From: Candidatus Aenigmatarchaeota archaeon
Lineage (GTDB): Archaea; Aenigmatarchaeota; Aenigmatarchaeia; GW2011-AR5
Assembly (NCBI GenBank): GCA_039091535.1
Contig: JAWCLW010000003.1
Coordinates: forward strand, 2,183 to 66,182
DNA: 64,000 nt
Reading direction: 5' to 3'
Part shown: in pieces, positions 9,132 through 17,594 of the stretch
Position numbering within the stretch: position 1 is the stretch's first letter
Layout: each line of letters opens with the position of its first letter
Position numbers and translations under genes: made by a program
The notes under the pieces: model-generated
Databases searched by the model: none
Seen by the model: the letters and a program-made list of their open reading frames with translations, nothing else
Told to the model about the DNA's origin: nothing

Positions 9132-9982
9132 GTGAAAATGGATTTAGCTTTGTTTGGTGTGCTAACATTTATTTTGTTATCAGATTGCATTTTTGCGGTT
9201 ACAGACCCAATTTCTACAAAGGTGTCACCAGTAATAGCAGTTCCAGCAGAAGCAATTAAAACACATAAATTTAACGTCACAAACGGAAACAACAATCGAG
9301 CCAATAGTAATACAATTTCAAAACTCAACAAAAGTTAAGAGCATACCTGTTGGCTGTAAAAACTTTTTTGAAGACAATATCTGTGAAGAAATTGTTTGCC
9401 TGGCTTAGGCTGTCTTGCCCAGAAACTGTAAAAAGCTGCCCCCAAGATTGCAGTGGAGTTTCACCTATGGCACCTGTAGCTCCAATAATAGCATTACCAA
9501 CAGAAACAAAACCATACTTGTTGAGAATATACCGGTTGAATTTAAAGGTATAGAAACAATTCCAGCAATTTCTACACAAGTAAAATCTGTTTCAACTCAA
9601 GCACCAGTCACAGTTAAAGTTAATGTGGATAAAGAGAAAAACTAAACAAAGATTGAAGTTGGGGAAACAACAGCTGTGACAAAAGAGGTTTTGAAATTTG
9701 AAAATGTTTCTTTAAAAGTAGAAACACCTAAAGGAGATGTTACTGTTCAAGTTCTTCCAAACACTGCTACACAGACAACAATTTCAAAAGAAGCACAGAA
9801 AATTGAATACATTGAACTTAAAGTTTTTAATGAAAAACCAGTCTACAAAATTGAATGAAGGAAAAGATGCTAAGCTACTTTGGATATTTCCTGTCAGTGT
9901 GCCAATAACAACTCATGTAAGTGCTTTGACAGGAGAAATAGAAAAAATAGAAAAGCCTTGGTGGGGCTTTCTAGCTCAATAG
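9132..9982 (+). pseudogene. Disrupted secreted protein gene (PepSY-like C-terminus), with multiple frameshifts and in-frame stops
   Basis: Signal peptide in frame 0 (MDLALFGVLTFILLSDC). The body is mainly in frame 1 and is interrupted by TAG (about 9409) and TAA (9646-9648). The tail GKDAKLLWIFPVSVPITTHVSALTGEIEKIEKPWWGFLAQ is in frame 2, after a one-base shift near 9856. Confidence 0.5.
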
Positions 9983-9985
9983 TTT

Positions 9986-11143
9986 TTATTCAATTTTAAT
10001 AATTTCTATCTTTTTTATTGTGTTAGAAATTAATTTTTTAATCTTCAGCATTTTTTCCAGGTTTCTTATAATATTAATATTCCCTTTTGTTGTTGGGTGT
10101 TTTGAAACAAAGAATGAGCAACAGTCATTATATGGTTTTATAGATGTGTTATACGTACCTATTTTTTTAGACATTAGAATTATTTCATTTTTATCAAAAC
10201 CTATCAATGGAGAAAATACTAAATATTTTGTCGAATTGTAAATTATATTGAGATTTTCAAGTGTTTGTGATGCAACTTGTGCAATATTATCACCTGTAAC
10301 AAATGCTTTAGCTTTTTCCTTTTCTAATATATTTTCAGCAATTCTCAACATAATAATTCTATAAATTATCATTCTATATTTAGCAGGAACATATTTTATT
10401 ATCTCTAATTGTATTTCTTTAAATGGGACAAGATACAATTTTGAATTAAATTGATATCTATTAAGAATTTCTACAAGTTTTATTATTTTATTTTTTACTT
10501 CATAAGATAATCCTGTATAATTATGAAAATGCACAAAAACTACCTCACAACCACGCTTCATCATCATAAATGAGGCAACAGGACTGTCTATCCCACCAGA
10601 AATTAATGATACTACTTTACCAGAGACACCTATTGGAAGTCCGCCAAGTCCTTTGACTTTTTCATAATAAATAAATGCATTTCTTTCTGTTATCTCAATA
10701 AAAATTTCTATATCCGGTTTGGAGAGATTAACTTTCATTCCAGTACAATCAACAATATATTTACCGACAATCTCATTTACTTTTCTTGATTCATATGGAA
10801 ATTTTTTATAAGATCTACGTGTTGTTATTCTGAACGTTTTTCTTTTATTTGTTTTTAATAAAATGAGTGCTTTTTTCTTCATGTCATTTATGCTAATTTT
10901 TGCATCTATAGCAAATGAGAAATAAGAAATTCCAAATACATTTTTTAGTCTTTTTTTAATCATTTTTATGTTAGAATTCTTTGTAAGTTTTATTATTATT
11001 CTTCCATAAAGTCTATTAATAAATTCATATTGAAGACCATAAAGAGCCTTTTTGATATTTTCAATCAATTTTTTCTCAAAATATATTCTATTTTTACCTT
11101 TTATTCCAATTTCACCATAATGAACCAAAATATATGTATACAT
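9986..11143 (-). CDS. thiI: tRNA 4-thiouridine synthase ThiI (THUMP + PP-loop, no rhodanese domain)
   Basis: N-terminal ILVHYGEIGIKGKNRIYFEKKL, PP-loop SGGIDSPVA, and C-terminal NDCCSFF. The start was placed at the ATG at 11143 (MYTYILVHYGEIG). The track ORF extends to 11194. Confidence 0.9.
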   Translation of the reverse strand: MYTYILVHYGEIGIKGKNRIYFEKKLIENIKKALYGLQYEFINRLYGRIIIKLTKNSNIKMIKKRLKNVFGISYFSFAIDAKISINDMKKKALILLKTNKRKTFRITTRRSYKKFPYESRKVNEIVGKYIVDCTGMKVNLSKPDIEIFIEITERNAFIYYEKVKGLGGLPIGVSGKVVSLISGGIDSPVASFMMMKRGCEVVFVHFHNYTGLSYEVKNKIIKLVEILNRYQFNSKLYLVPFKEIQLEIIKYVPAKYRMIIYRIIMLRIAENILEKEKAKAFVTGDNIAQVASQTLENLNIIYNSTKYLVFSPLIGFDKNEIILMSKKIGTYNTSIKPYNDCCSFFVSKHPTTKGNINIIRNLEKMLKIKKLISNTIKKIEIIKIE

Positions 11144-11190
11144 AAAATAAAGATGAAGAATAAAATTTATAATGATTTTCTCTGGGTCAA

Positions 11191-11628
11191 TCACTTAAAA
11201 TTTTGTTTTGGAATTTCAAAATCAAAAATATAGTCTGAATCAAAAGGTTCTTGATAAATATTAAATTTCCATCCGTTTTTGAAGTCTTTATAAAAATCAT
11301 AAAATTTATTTTCATCACGCCCAAAAAATCTTTGTATTTTAAATTTAAGATAATGATTTTTTATGAATTCTTTTATTTCATTCTTTTTCATTATTTTTAT
11401 GTTAAAATTATCAGTGAGTATACATAAATAATTCCTATCATTAACATTACCATCTATACTAAATGATATGCAAAACCAATTAACACCCTTTATGTTATCT
11501 AAATATGACATAATTTCTTCGTATTTATTTTCTATTTTATTCTCTGAGAAAAAATCTTTTATATATGGTAGTGTAAAAAATATTTTTGCATCATCTTTGT
11601 TAATAAATCTTAATACATATTTGCTCAT
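11191..11628 (-). CDS. Hypothetical protein
   Basis: 145-aa ORF directly upstream of thiI on the same strand. No motif recognised. Confidence 0.4.
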   Translation of the reverse strand: MSKYVLRFINKDDAKIFFTLPYIKDFFSENKIENKYEEIMSYLDNIKGVNWFCISFSIDGNVNDRNYLCILTDNFNIKIMKKNEIKEFIKNHYLKFKIQRFFGRDENKFYDFYKDFKNGWKFNIYQEPFDSDYIFDFEIPKQNFK

Positions 11629-11678
11629 GATATAAGGATAATCTCAATTTTCTTAAATCTTTATGTTAATATTTTTTG

Positions 11679-12155
11679 ATGAAAAAACAGTTTAAAGAGC
11701 TAAAGAAATTTCTTGATGAAAATAATGTTAAGTATTTTATTTCTGAACATGAACCTGTTTATACATCAGAACAGGCAGCAAAAGTTAGAGGTGTTGAACT
11801 TAAAACAGGTGTCAAGGCCCTCATATTTAAAGTACTTGCAGAAAAACCATATTTTATTCATGTACTTATACCTGGTGATAAAAGGGCTGACATAAATAAA
11901 ATAAAAAATATTGTTGGTCATAAAACTAAGTTAGCAAGCTCGTATGAAGTGCTAAGGGTATGTGGATGTGAGATAGGAAGTGTTCATCCTTTTGGAAATC
12001 TATTTAATTTGGGAACATATATGGATAAAAAAAATTTAGAAAACGAATTTGTAAATTTTAATGCAGGTTTGCATACAATTTCTATAAGAATGAGTTCAAA
12101 AGATATGAAAAAGTTAATAAATCCTGTTGTTGGAGATTTCTGTATAGATAGTTGA
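11679..12155 (+). CDS. YbaK/ProX-type aminoacyl-tRNA deacylase domain protein
   Basis: HEPVYTSEQAAKVRGVELKTGVKALIFK...GSVHPFG...FNAG pattern of the YbaK/EbsC editing-domain family. Confidence 0.7.
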   Translation: MKKQFKELKKFLDENNVKYFISEHEPVYTSEQAAKVRGVELKTGVKALIFKVLAEKPYFIHVLIPGDKRADINKIKNIVGHKTKLASSYEVLRVCGCEIGSVHPFGNLFNLGTYMDKKNLENEFVNFNAGLHTISIRMSSKDMKKLINPVVGDFCIDS

Positions 12156-12184
12156 AGTTAATACTGTTGCGAAGAAACTAAAAT

Positions 12185-12532
12185 TTATACATTTCCTCTA
12201 TGAATTCTTGCTGTTTTTGGTGTTACAATTAACCATTCGTCACCGACACCTGCTATGTCACCATCAATACCTGTTACTATTGTTTTTATTTTTGAAATTA
12301 TCTGTTTAAGTTCATCCGTGTTTGTATCTTTAAGTTCTTTTATTCTTGCGATAACAATGTTTCCATTTTTTACATTCTTTATTATATTATCAGAATCTGG
12401 AATACCTGTAATCTTTTCTATCATAATTTTTATGTGTTCCGTTTCTTCACCGATATCTAATGGTATTTCTGTAAACTCTTCGATAGATGGTTCTTCTTTT
12501 CCTTTCTTGAAAAATCTACTAAATAATGACAT
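12185..12532 (-). CDS. sepF: Cell division protein SepF-like
   Basis: N-terminal amphipathic MSLFSRFFKKGK, then a DUF552-like core (NGNIVIARIKEL...ELKQIISKIKTIVTGIDGDIAGVGDEWLIVTP). Confidence 0.7.
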   Translation of the reverse strand: MSLFSRFFKKGKEEPSIEEFTEIPLDIGEETEHIKIMIEKITGIPDSDNIIKNVKNGNIVIARIKELKDTNTDELKQIISKIKTIVTGIDGDIAGVGDEWLIVTPKTARIHRGNV

Positions 12533-12950
12533 TCTAAATCACTTAATAAATAATATTAAATTATATACTTAAAGCTTTCATATTATGCTTCTATTAACTT
12601 AATGTTGATGTCTTAAACATTAAAAATCAAATTAAAATCTTTAATCTTAGACTCACTTCTAAGTTAATAATCTTTATGAGCTGTTCCTAGGTCTAGGTCA
12701 ATTAATGGCAGATATTTATAACTGGAAAAGGAAAATTGAAAGAGAATTGGAAAGAATTAAAGAATTGAATATCTGTTAGGTAGTAGAAACAACTCTTTTG
12801 AAAACTTCGGCAAGTTCTGGATCTGTTCCACCACCTTCTATTACTCCTATTGTTGGGTTTTTATTTATCATATTAATAGTTATTGCTTTACTTTAAAAAT
12901 TATTCACTCAAGGCGGACTTCTGAATTATTCCTAATGTATGTGTTATTGC

Positions 12951-13037
12951 GAGCCAAATGAAGTAAGAAATCTCAAATGGAAAGACATAAACTTTGACAG
13001 AGAAATAGTCCATCTTAAAACAACAAACCATTTTTAA
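12951..13037 (+). pseudogene. Tyrosine recombinase (integrase) fragment
   Basis: Short open frame EPNEVRNLKWKDINFDREIVHLKTTNHF*. It resembles the G-x-R-x-S/N-E-x-x-x-L-x-W-x-D-I-D/N block (first catalytic Arg region) of XerC/D-like integrases. There is no start, the upstream frames are broken, and the catalytic Arg position reads E. Confidence 0.4.
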
Positions 13038-13075
13038 AGTTTTATGGAATAAAAATATATTAAAAGTGATGATTT

Positions 13076-13201
13076 ATGGCGTTCTTTAAGGATAGACTTG
13101 ATCGTGGTCTAACAAAAAGATGTATTATGTGCGATGGTGCTATTGAGAAGGCTAATCTGGGTAATATATGCAATGCATGCAGGGACAAGATGAGAAAGTA
13201 G
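13076..13201 (+). CDS. Small zinc-ribbon protein (41 aa), below the ORF-track cutoff
   Basis: MAFFKDRLDRGLTKRCIMCDGAIEKANLGNICNACRDKMRK. CxxC-x11-CxxC with the same GNIC-x-AC ending as the 17441 micro-ORF. Lies in a gene-poor decayed region. Confidence 0.3.
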   Translation: MAFFKDRLDRGLTKRCIMCDGAIEKANLGNICNACRDKMRK

Positions 13202-13351
13202 AATAAAAATTTAACAGAGACATAAATTAGAACATGTAAAAAATTCAGGTTTGAAAAATATAGCTGATAAGTAATTAGATAAAAATAAAGATTTTACATA
13301 GGGTATGCATGCTATTGTGTTAAACCTTGAAAATATATTGATAACTTATAA

Positions 13352-14872
13352 TTAGTTTTCCATTGCTTTGATCTTGAATTTTAGTTTATCTATTTCCTTC
13401 TTGAATTTCTTTTCTATTTCATAAGGATATCTAAATGTATAAGATATTGCATGCATTATGTTTCTTGCAGGCTCCACAGCAATAGCATACCAAAAAACAT
13501 ATCGTATAGGTATGTCGCTATGTCTTATAACTACTTCGCCTAATTTAGGAAGCAACAACAAACATGCTAATCTAAGCAAAAATGAAAGTAAAAATATTAT
13601 TTGGAGTCCATGCAACCATAAAAATGTTGTATTAGACCAAGATTCTGCAAGAATACCACCAATCACTGATCCAAGGATTACACCTATGCCTATAAAAAAA
13701 TTAAAGTTGGCAACATATTGTGGTCGCTTTTCTGCAGGTGTTATGTCGAGAAGATAATTAAAAACTACCATATCAAAACCAGACCATATAAAACCATCAA
13801 ATACTTTTAGAATCGCTATTGTAAAAATATCAAATACAAGCATCCAACCAAATGGTGTAAAGATACCAAAAAACCCGCAAACAATTAGAATTTTTCTACT
13901 GCCAAATTTGTCATTTAATTTTCCCCAGTATTTAAAAGACAATATCCTTGCAACAGCACCTATAACAGTTAATATGCCAAACCAGATATAATCTATTTTT
14001 AGCTCACGCAACATATAAACTGCATAAAATGGTGATGCAATCTCTACAGCTAGATACATAAAAAATATATATACTGTAAATATTGCAAGGCTTCTGTTTA
14101 CTCTTAATGTATTTGGCCAATACCTTGGATTGAATTCAAATCTATGTTTATAATGATAAATTTTCTTGAATGGCGGTTCATATATTTTAAGAAATAAAGG
14201 AATGGATATCGCAGCAAGTATAATTGCTATTATAAATATCAACGGAAATCCATAATATGAAAGTAAAAACCCAGCTGCAAGTGTTGCAACTACACCGGCT
14301 ATACCATTAATCGTATTTCTCCATCCAAAATATCTTCCACGTATTTTCATAGGTACTAAATCACCCATAAGACTAGACCAAGCAGGGGAGCGTAATGCAG
14401 AGAAAAATCCAGCAATAGCAAATAATAATATCAATAATGTTATAGGATTTTTAAGCGGTATAAATGGTAAAAGTATTATTGGTATCCATATAATAATCCT
14501 TGAAATAATCTGAGAAAAAAACCATATAAACTTTCTGTCAAAAAATTCTGTAAGCTTTGCTCCAGGTATTTGTGCAATTGTATTTGCAAAATTTCTAATG
14601 GAAAAAAGAAGACCTATATCAAGATTTGATGCACGTAACATAAGAGCAAAAGGTGTTATATAAGATTCTGTTATACTTGAAGATGCTGTATTGAACACAC
14701 CTTCTGTTATAGAATATTGCAGACTTTTATGAATTTTTTTATCGATATTCTTTTTTTCTATTTTTGTTTGTTCTTTTTTTGCATTATTACTTTTTATTTT
14801 TTTCGAATCAATCCTACCTTCAACTAATACAGATCTTGTTATATTGTCCAATTTTCTTTTCTCAAATGGCAT
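13352..14872 (-). CDS. MFS-type transporter
   Basis: 506 aa with about 12 hydrophobic spans and an MFS loop motif (GDLVPMKIRGRYFGWRN, D-x-x-x-x-RGR-like) between TM2 and TM3. Basic N-terminal cytoplasmic extension. Confidence 0.8.
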   Translation of the reverse strand: MPFEKRKLDNITRSVLVEGRIDSKKIKSNNAKKEQTKIEKKNIDKKIHKSLQYSITEGVFNTASSSITESYITPFALMLRASNLDIGLLFSIRNFANTIAQIPGAKLTEFFDRKFIWFFSQIISRIIIWIPIILLPFIPLKNPITLLILLFAIAGFFSALRSPAWSSLMGDLVPMKIRGRYFGWRNTINGIAGVVATLAAGFLLSYYGFPLIFIIAIILAAISIPLFLKIYEPPFKKIYHYKHRFEFNPRYWPNTLRVNRSLAIFTVYIFFMYLAVEIASPFYAVYMLRELKIDYIWFGILTVIGAVARILSFKYWGKLNDKFGSRKILIVCGFFGIFTPFGWMLVFDIFTIAILKVFDGFIWSGFDMVVFNYLLDITPAEKRPQYVANFNFFIGIGVILGSVIGGILAESWSNTTFLWLHGLQIIFLLSFLLRLACLLLLPKLGEVVIRHSDIPIRYVFWYAIAVEPARNIMHAISYTFRYPYEIEKKFKKEIDKLKFKIKAMEN

Positions 14873-15010
14873 AAAAAGTAATTAATATAGTCCTTGATTA
14901 ATAAATTTTTTTCTTAACAATTATTGCTATGAGTTTATTGATTTTTGGAAACATCAGATTATCACAACCTTTTAAATGTTTTCTTAACATATTTTTATTA
15001 GGTGGTATGA

Positions 15011-15532
15011 ATGGATGCAAACCTTCTTGTTACATTTGACCCAAATCATATAGGAAAGGCAAGTGAGGAAGTAAAGGCTTTGCTCGAAGATATTGGTGAT
15101 TTCGAATTCCTTGATAGCAATGTGGATGGGGTTTTTCTCCTAAAAACAAAAAAAGATTCAAAAAAAATTGTAAAAGAACTGAAAGAAATTTGCAAAGAAA
15201 ACCCAAAAAAATTTGAATATACCTTTCACTGGGTACCTATAGAAAGATGGTGCAAATCAACAATTGAGGATATGATAGACGTTATGAAAGATATAGATAA
15301 TAGAATGGATCCTAACAAGAGTTGGAAGATGGATCTAAACAAACGTAATTTTAAAGAAGATACAATGAGTTTAATAATAAAACTAACAGACCATATAAAT
15401 AAACCAAAAGTTGATTTGAAAAATCCACAACAAATAGTAAAAGTGGAAATACTTGGTGACAAGACAGGTATATCATTGCTAGATGCAGATGAATTGCTAG
15501 ATATTCCTAAAATAAAAAGAGAATTTGAATAA
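15011..15532 (+). CDS. THUMP-domain-like small RNA-binding protein (tentative)
   Basis: LLVTFDPNHIGKASEEVKALLEDIG...DGVFLLKT...WVPIERW resembles stand-alone archaeal THUMP proteins. GGTGG SD upstream. Confidence 0.45.
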   Translation: MDANLLVTFDPNHIGKASEEVKALLEDIGDFEFLDSNVDGVFLLKTKKDSKKIVKELKEICKENPKKFEYTFHWVPIERWCKSTIEDMIDVMKDIDNRMDPNKSWKMDLNKRNFKEDTMSLIIKLTDHINKPKVDLKNPQQIVKVEILGDKTGISLLDADELLDIPKIKREFE

Positions 15533-15616
15533 GCATAAGCTTCTATATTTTTTAGATATTATTTTTAGATATTATTATAATAAACAAGAAATATTCAGAG
15601 TTTTGTTCTATCTTTT

Positions 15617-16633
15617 CTAGCTACAACCACCAGAAGAACTTGTACCGCTTCCTGAACCAATTGCTCCAATACCTGGAGATTCCACGGTCGTACTCAATTT
15701 TTGAGAGCATTCTGTTGGTGGATTTTTGAAGGCTGAGCATATTGCTTGTTTAATAGATTCTGCAGCTCTATTCACACTTATCGTTACACCATTCAAAACA
15801 AAAGTTGGTGAACCTCTAACATCGTATTTGTTATTCAGCCCTGAATCAATTGGATATGGTGGATAGGCTGCTCCACTCTCTTTAAACAAACTTGAAATGT
15901 TATATTGTTTATTAGTAGATTCCATGCAAGCATTAAGTCTTATTTTATCTATCTTGGTTTCTGAGATACATTTTTCAGCATCTCCACTTTGGACGAAACA
16001 TCTCAAATAGTTTGTGAACTTGTCTTTTTGTTCTTTCTGTATGCAATACATTCTGGTGTTTTCTATCATTTCTTTCTCACCATGCATAATATAGTCTACA
16101 AAATTGACATACAGGTCAGCTTTATTACCTAAAAGCTCCATAACCGGAATGTAAGCTTTCAAGAATTGCAAACCAAATGGGCAGTAGCTCATTACAAAAA
16201 CTCTTGCTTCCGGCCTATCTGTTTTTGGAACTTCTTGTTGTGGCTGCTCTGCTTGAGTTTCTTGTTTTGGAAGCTTTTGACTCATATTAATGCCTTCCAA
16301 AAATAGATAGCTTCCATCTTTTGAAGCATAAACAGAAATTATGTTACCTTGATAGCTTGTAACGATTTCATAGAAACTTCCCATGTCATTTACAGAAACT
16401 AAACTTGCATTCCCTGTTGCGACAATATTTTGATTTATGTAATTTATAACTTTTTCACCAATTTGTTGACCTGAAACTGATGATAAATTTAAAATACCTG
16501 ACAAATTAAATAAACCAACTATTTGAGCAAAAATTATCACAGCTAGAATAATTGTCAAAATCTGCCATACATTAACATTTGGAATTTTTGTTATTTTTTT
16601 CTCAGCTGTTTTCTTAGGTTTTTCTTCAGTCAT
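15617..16633 (-). CDS. Membrane-anchored thioredoxin-fold (DsbA-like) protein
   Basis: N-terminal TM (VWQILTIILAVIIFAQIVGLF). Thioredoxin-like core with VFVMSYCPFG at the active-site position and VRGSPTFVLNGV near the C-terminus. Gly/Ser tail ending GGCS. Confidence 0.45.
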   Translation of the reverse strand: MTEEKPKKTAEKKITKIPNVNVWQILTIILAVIIFAQIVGLFNLSGILNLSSVSGQQIGEKVINYINQNIVATGNASLVSVNDMGSFYEIVTSYQGNIISVYASKDGSYLFLEGINMSQKLPKQETQAEQPQQEVPKTDRPEARVFVMSYCPFGLQFLKAYIPVMELLGNKADLYVNFVDYIMHGEKEMIENTRMYCIQKEQKDKFTNYLRCFVQSGDAEKCISETKIDKIRLNACMESTNKQYNISSLFKESGAAYPPYPIDSGLNNKYDVRGSPTFVLNGVTISVNRAAESIKQAICSAFKNPPTECSQKLSTTVESPGIGAIGSGSGTSSSGGCS

Positions 16634-16741
16634 ATTAACAATAATTTATGAAAAGAAAAACATAAAAAGCTTGTTTTTATCATTGGTATTTTGATATACA
16701 CAAAATTAAATTTTAAATTATTTTAATTGAAATCGATATTT

Positions 16742-17380
16742 ATGCAGTCAAAAATTGGTGTTGACGAATCTGGTAAAGGTGATTATTTTGGTTATTTAGT
16801 TGTTGCAGGTGTTTATGTAAATAAAAAAATAGAAGAAAAATTAAGATCAATGAATGTTAGAGATTCAAAACTCATTTCTGATAATATTGTTCTTGAATTA
16901 TCAAAAGAGATAAAGAAAATATGCCCTTATGAAATTTTGAAAATATCTCCAGAAAAATACAATAATCTTTATAAAAAATTTAGAAATTTGAACAAACTTC
17001 TTGCATGGGGTCATGCAAGGGTTATTGAAAATTTGTTAGAAAAAACAAGACCCGATATTGTTATAACAGATAAATTTGCAGATGAAAAATTCTTAAGAAA
17101 TGCTCTTTTTAAAAGGGGCAGATCCATTAAAATTATACAAAAAATAAAAGCTGAATCAGACATTGCTGTTGCTGCTGCATCTATACTTGCACGTGCAGAG
17201 TTCTTGAAAACATTAAAAAAACTTTCTATTGATTTAGGTTACAAATTACCTAAAGGTGCTACACACGTAGAATATGCTGCAAAATACATATTGAAAAAAT
17301 TTGGTAAAGATACCTTATACCAGGTAGCGAAGGCGCACTTCAAGATTTCAAAAAAGATATTTGAAAAGTTGAATGATTGA
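16742..17380 (+). CDS. RNase HIII-like ribonuclease H (catalytic domain only)
   Basis: GVDESGKGDYFGYLVVAGVYV, VRDSK, LNKLLAWGHARVIENLL, TDKFA, KAESDIAVAAASILARAEF, LPKGATHVEY and VAKAHFK follow the RNase HIII pattern rather than archaeal RNase HII (GIDEAGRGP). ATG at 16742. Confidence 0.7.
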   Translation: MQSKIGVDESGKGDYFGYLVVAGVYVNKKIEEKLRSMNVRDSKLISDNIVLELSKEIKKICPYEILKISPEKYNNLYKKFRNLNKLLAWGHARVIENLLEKTRPDIVITDKFADEKFLRNALFKRGRSIKIIQKIKAESDIAVAAASILARAEFLKTLKKLSIDLGYKLPKGATHVEYAAKYILKKFGKDTLYQVAKAHFKISKKIFEKLND

Positions 17381-17440
17381 TTTTATCACAAAATCAAAGG
17401 TTACAAAAAACTTTATACATTCAAAGATACATAATTATTT

Positions 17441-17554
17441 ATGATGAAATTATCTATTTCGAGATGTTCTAAGTGTAAAAAGATAAGATTAGTTGATAAA
17501 ACAAAATATGGAAATATATGTTTTGCATGCAAACAGATGATAAAGAAAAAATAA
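17441..17554 (+). CDS. Small zinc-ribbon protein (37 aa), below the ORF-track cutoff
   Basis: MMKLSISRCSKCKKIRLVDKTKYGNICFACKQMIKKK aligns with the 2019-2171 product (S-x-C-x-x-CKK-x-RLVD...ICFACKQ). TATA-like CTTTATACA lies about 25 nt upstream. Confidence 0.4.
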   Translation: MMKLSISRCSKCKKIRLVDKTKYGNICFACKQMIKKK

Positions 17555-17594
17555 CAATTTATGAATTTAAAAATTTTTCAATTATATTTTTAAT

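Noticed and set aside
9116-9579. Minus-strand ORFs (71 and 84 aa) and plus-strand overlapping ORFs in the 9.1-9.6 kb region
   Set aside because: They all overlap each other. The sequence is best explained as one frameshifted plus-strand gene, and none of the minus-strand products looks protein-like.
13066-17450. C/D-box sRNA candidates suggested by GTGATGA (13066) and ATGATGA (17441) strings
   Set aside because: No matching D box (CTGA) or C'/D' pair lies at the appropriate spacing. Both strings are better explained as start regions of the zinc-ribbon micro-ORFs.
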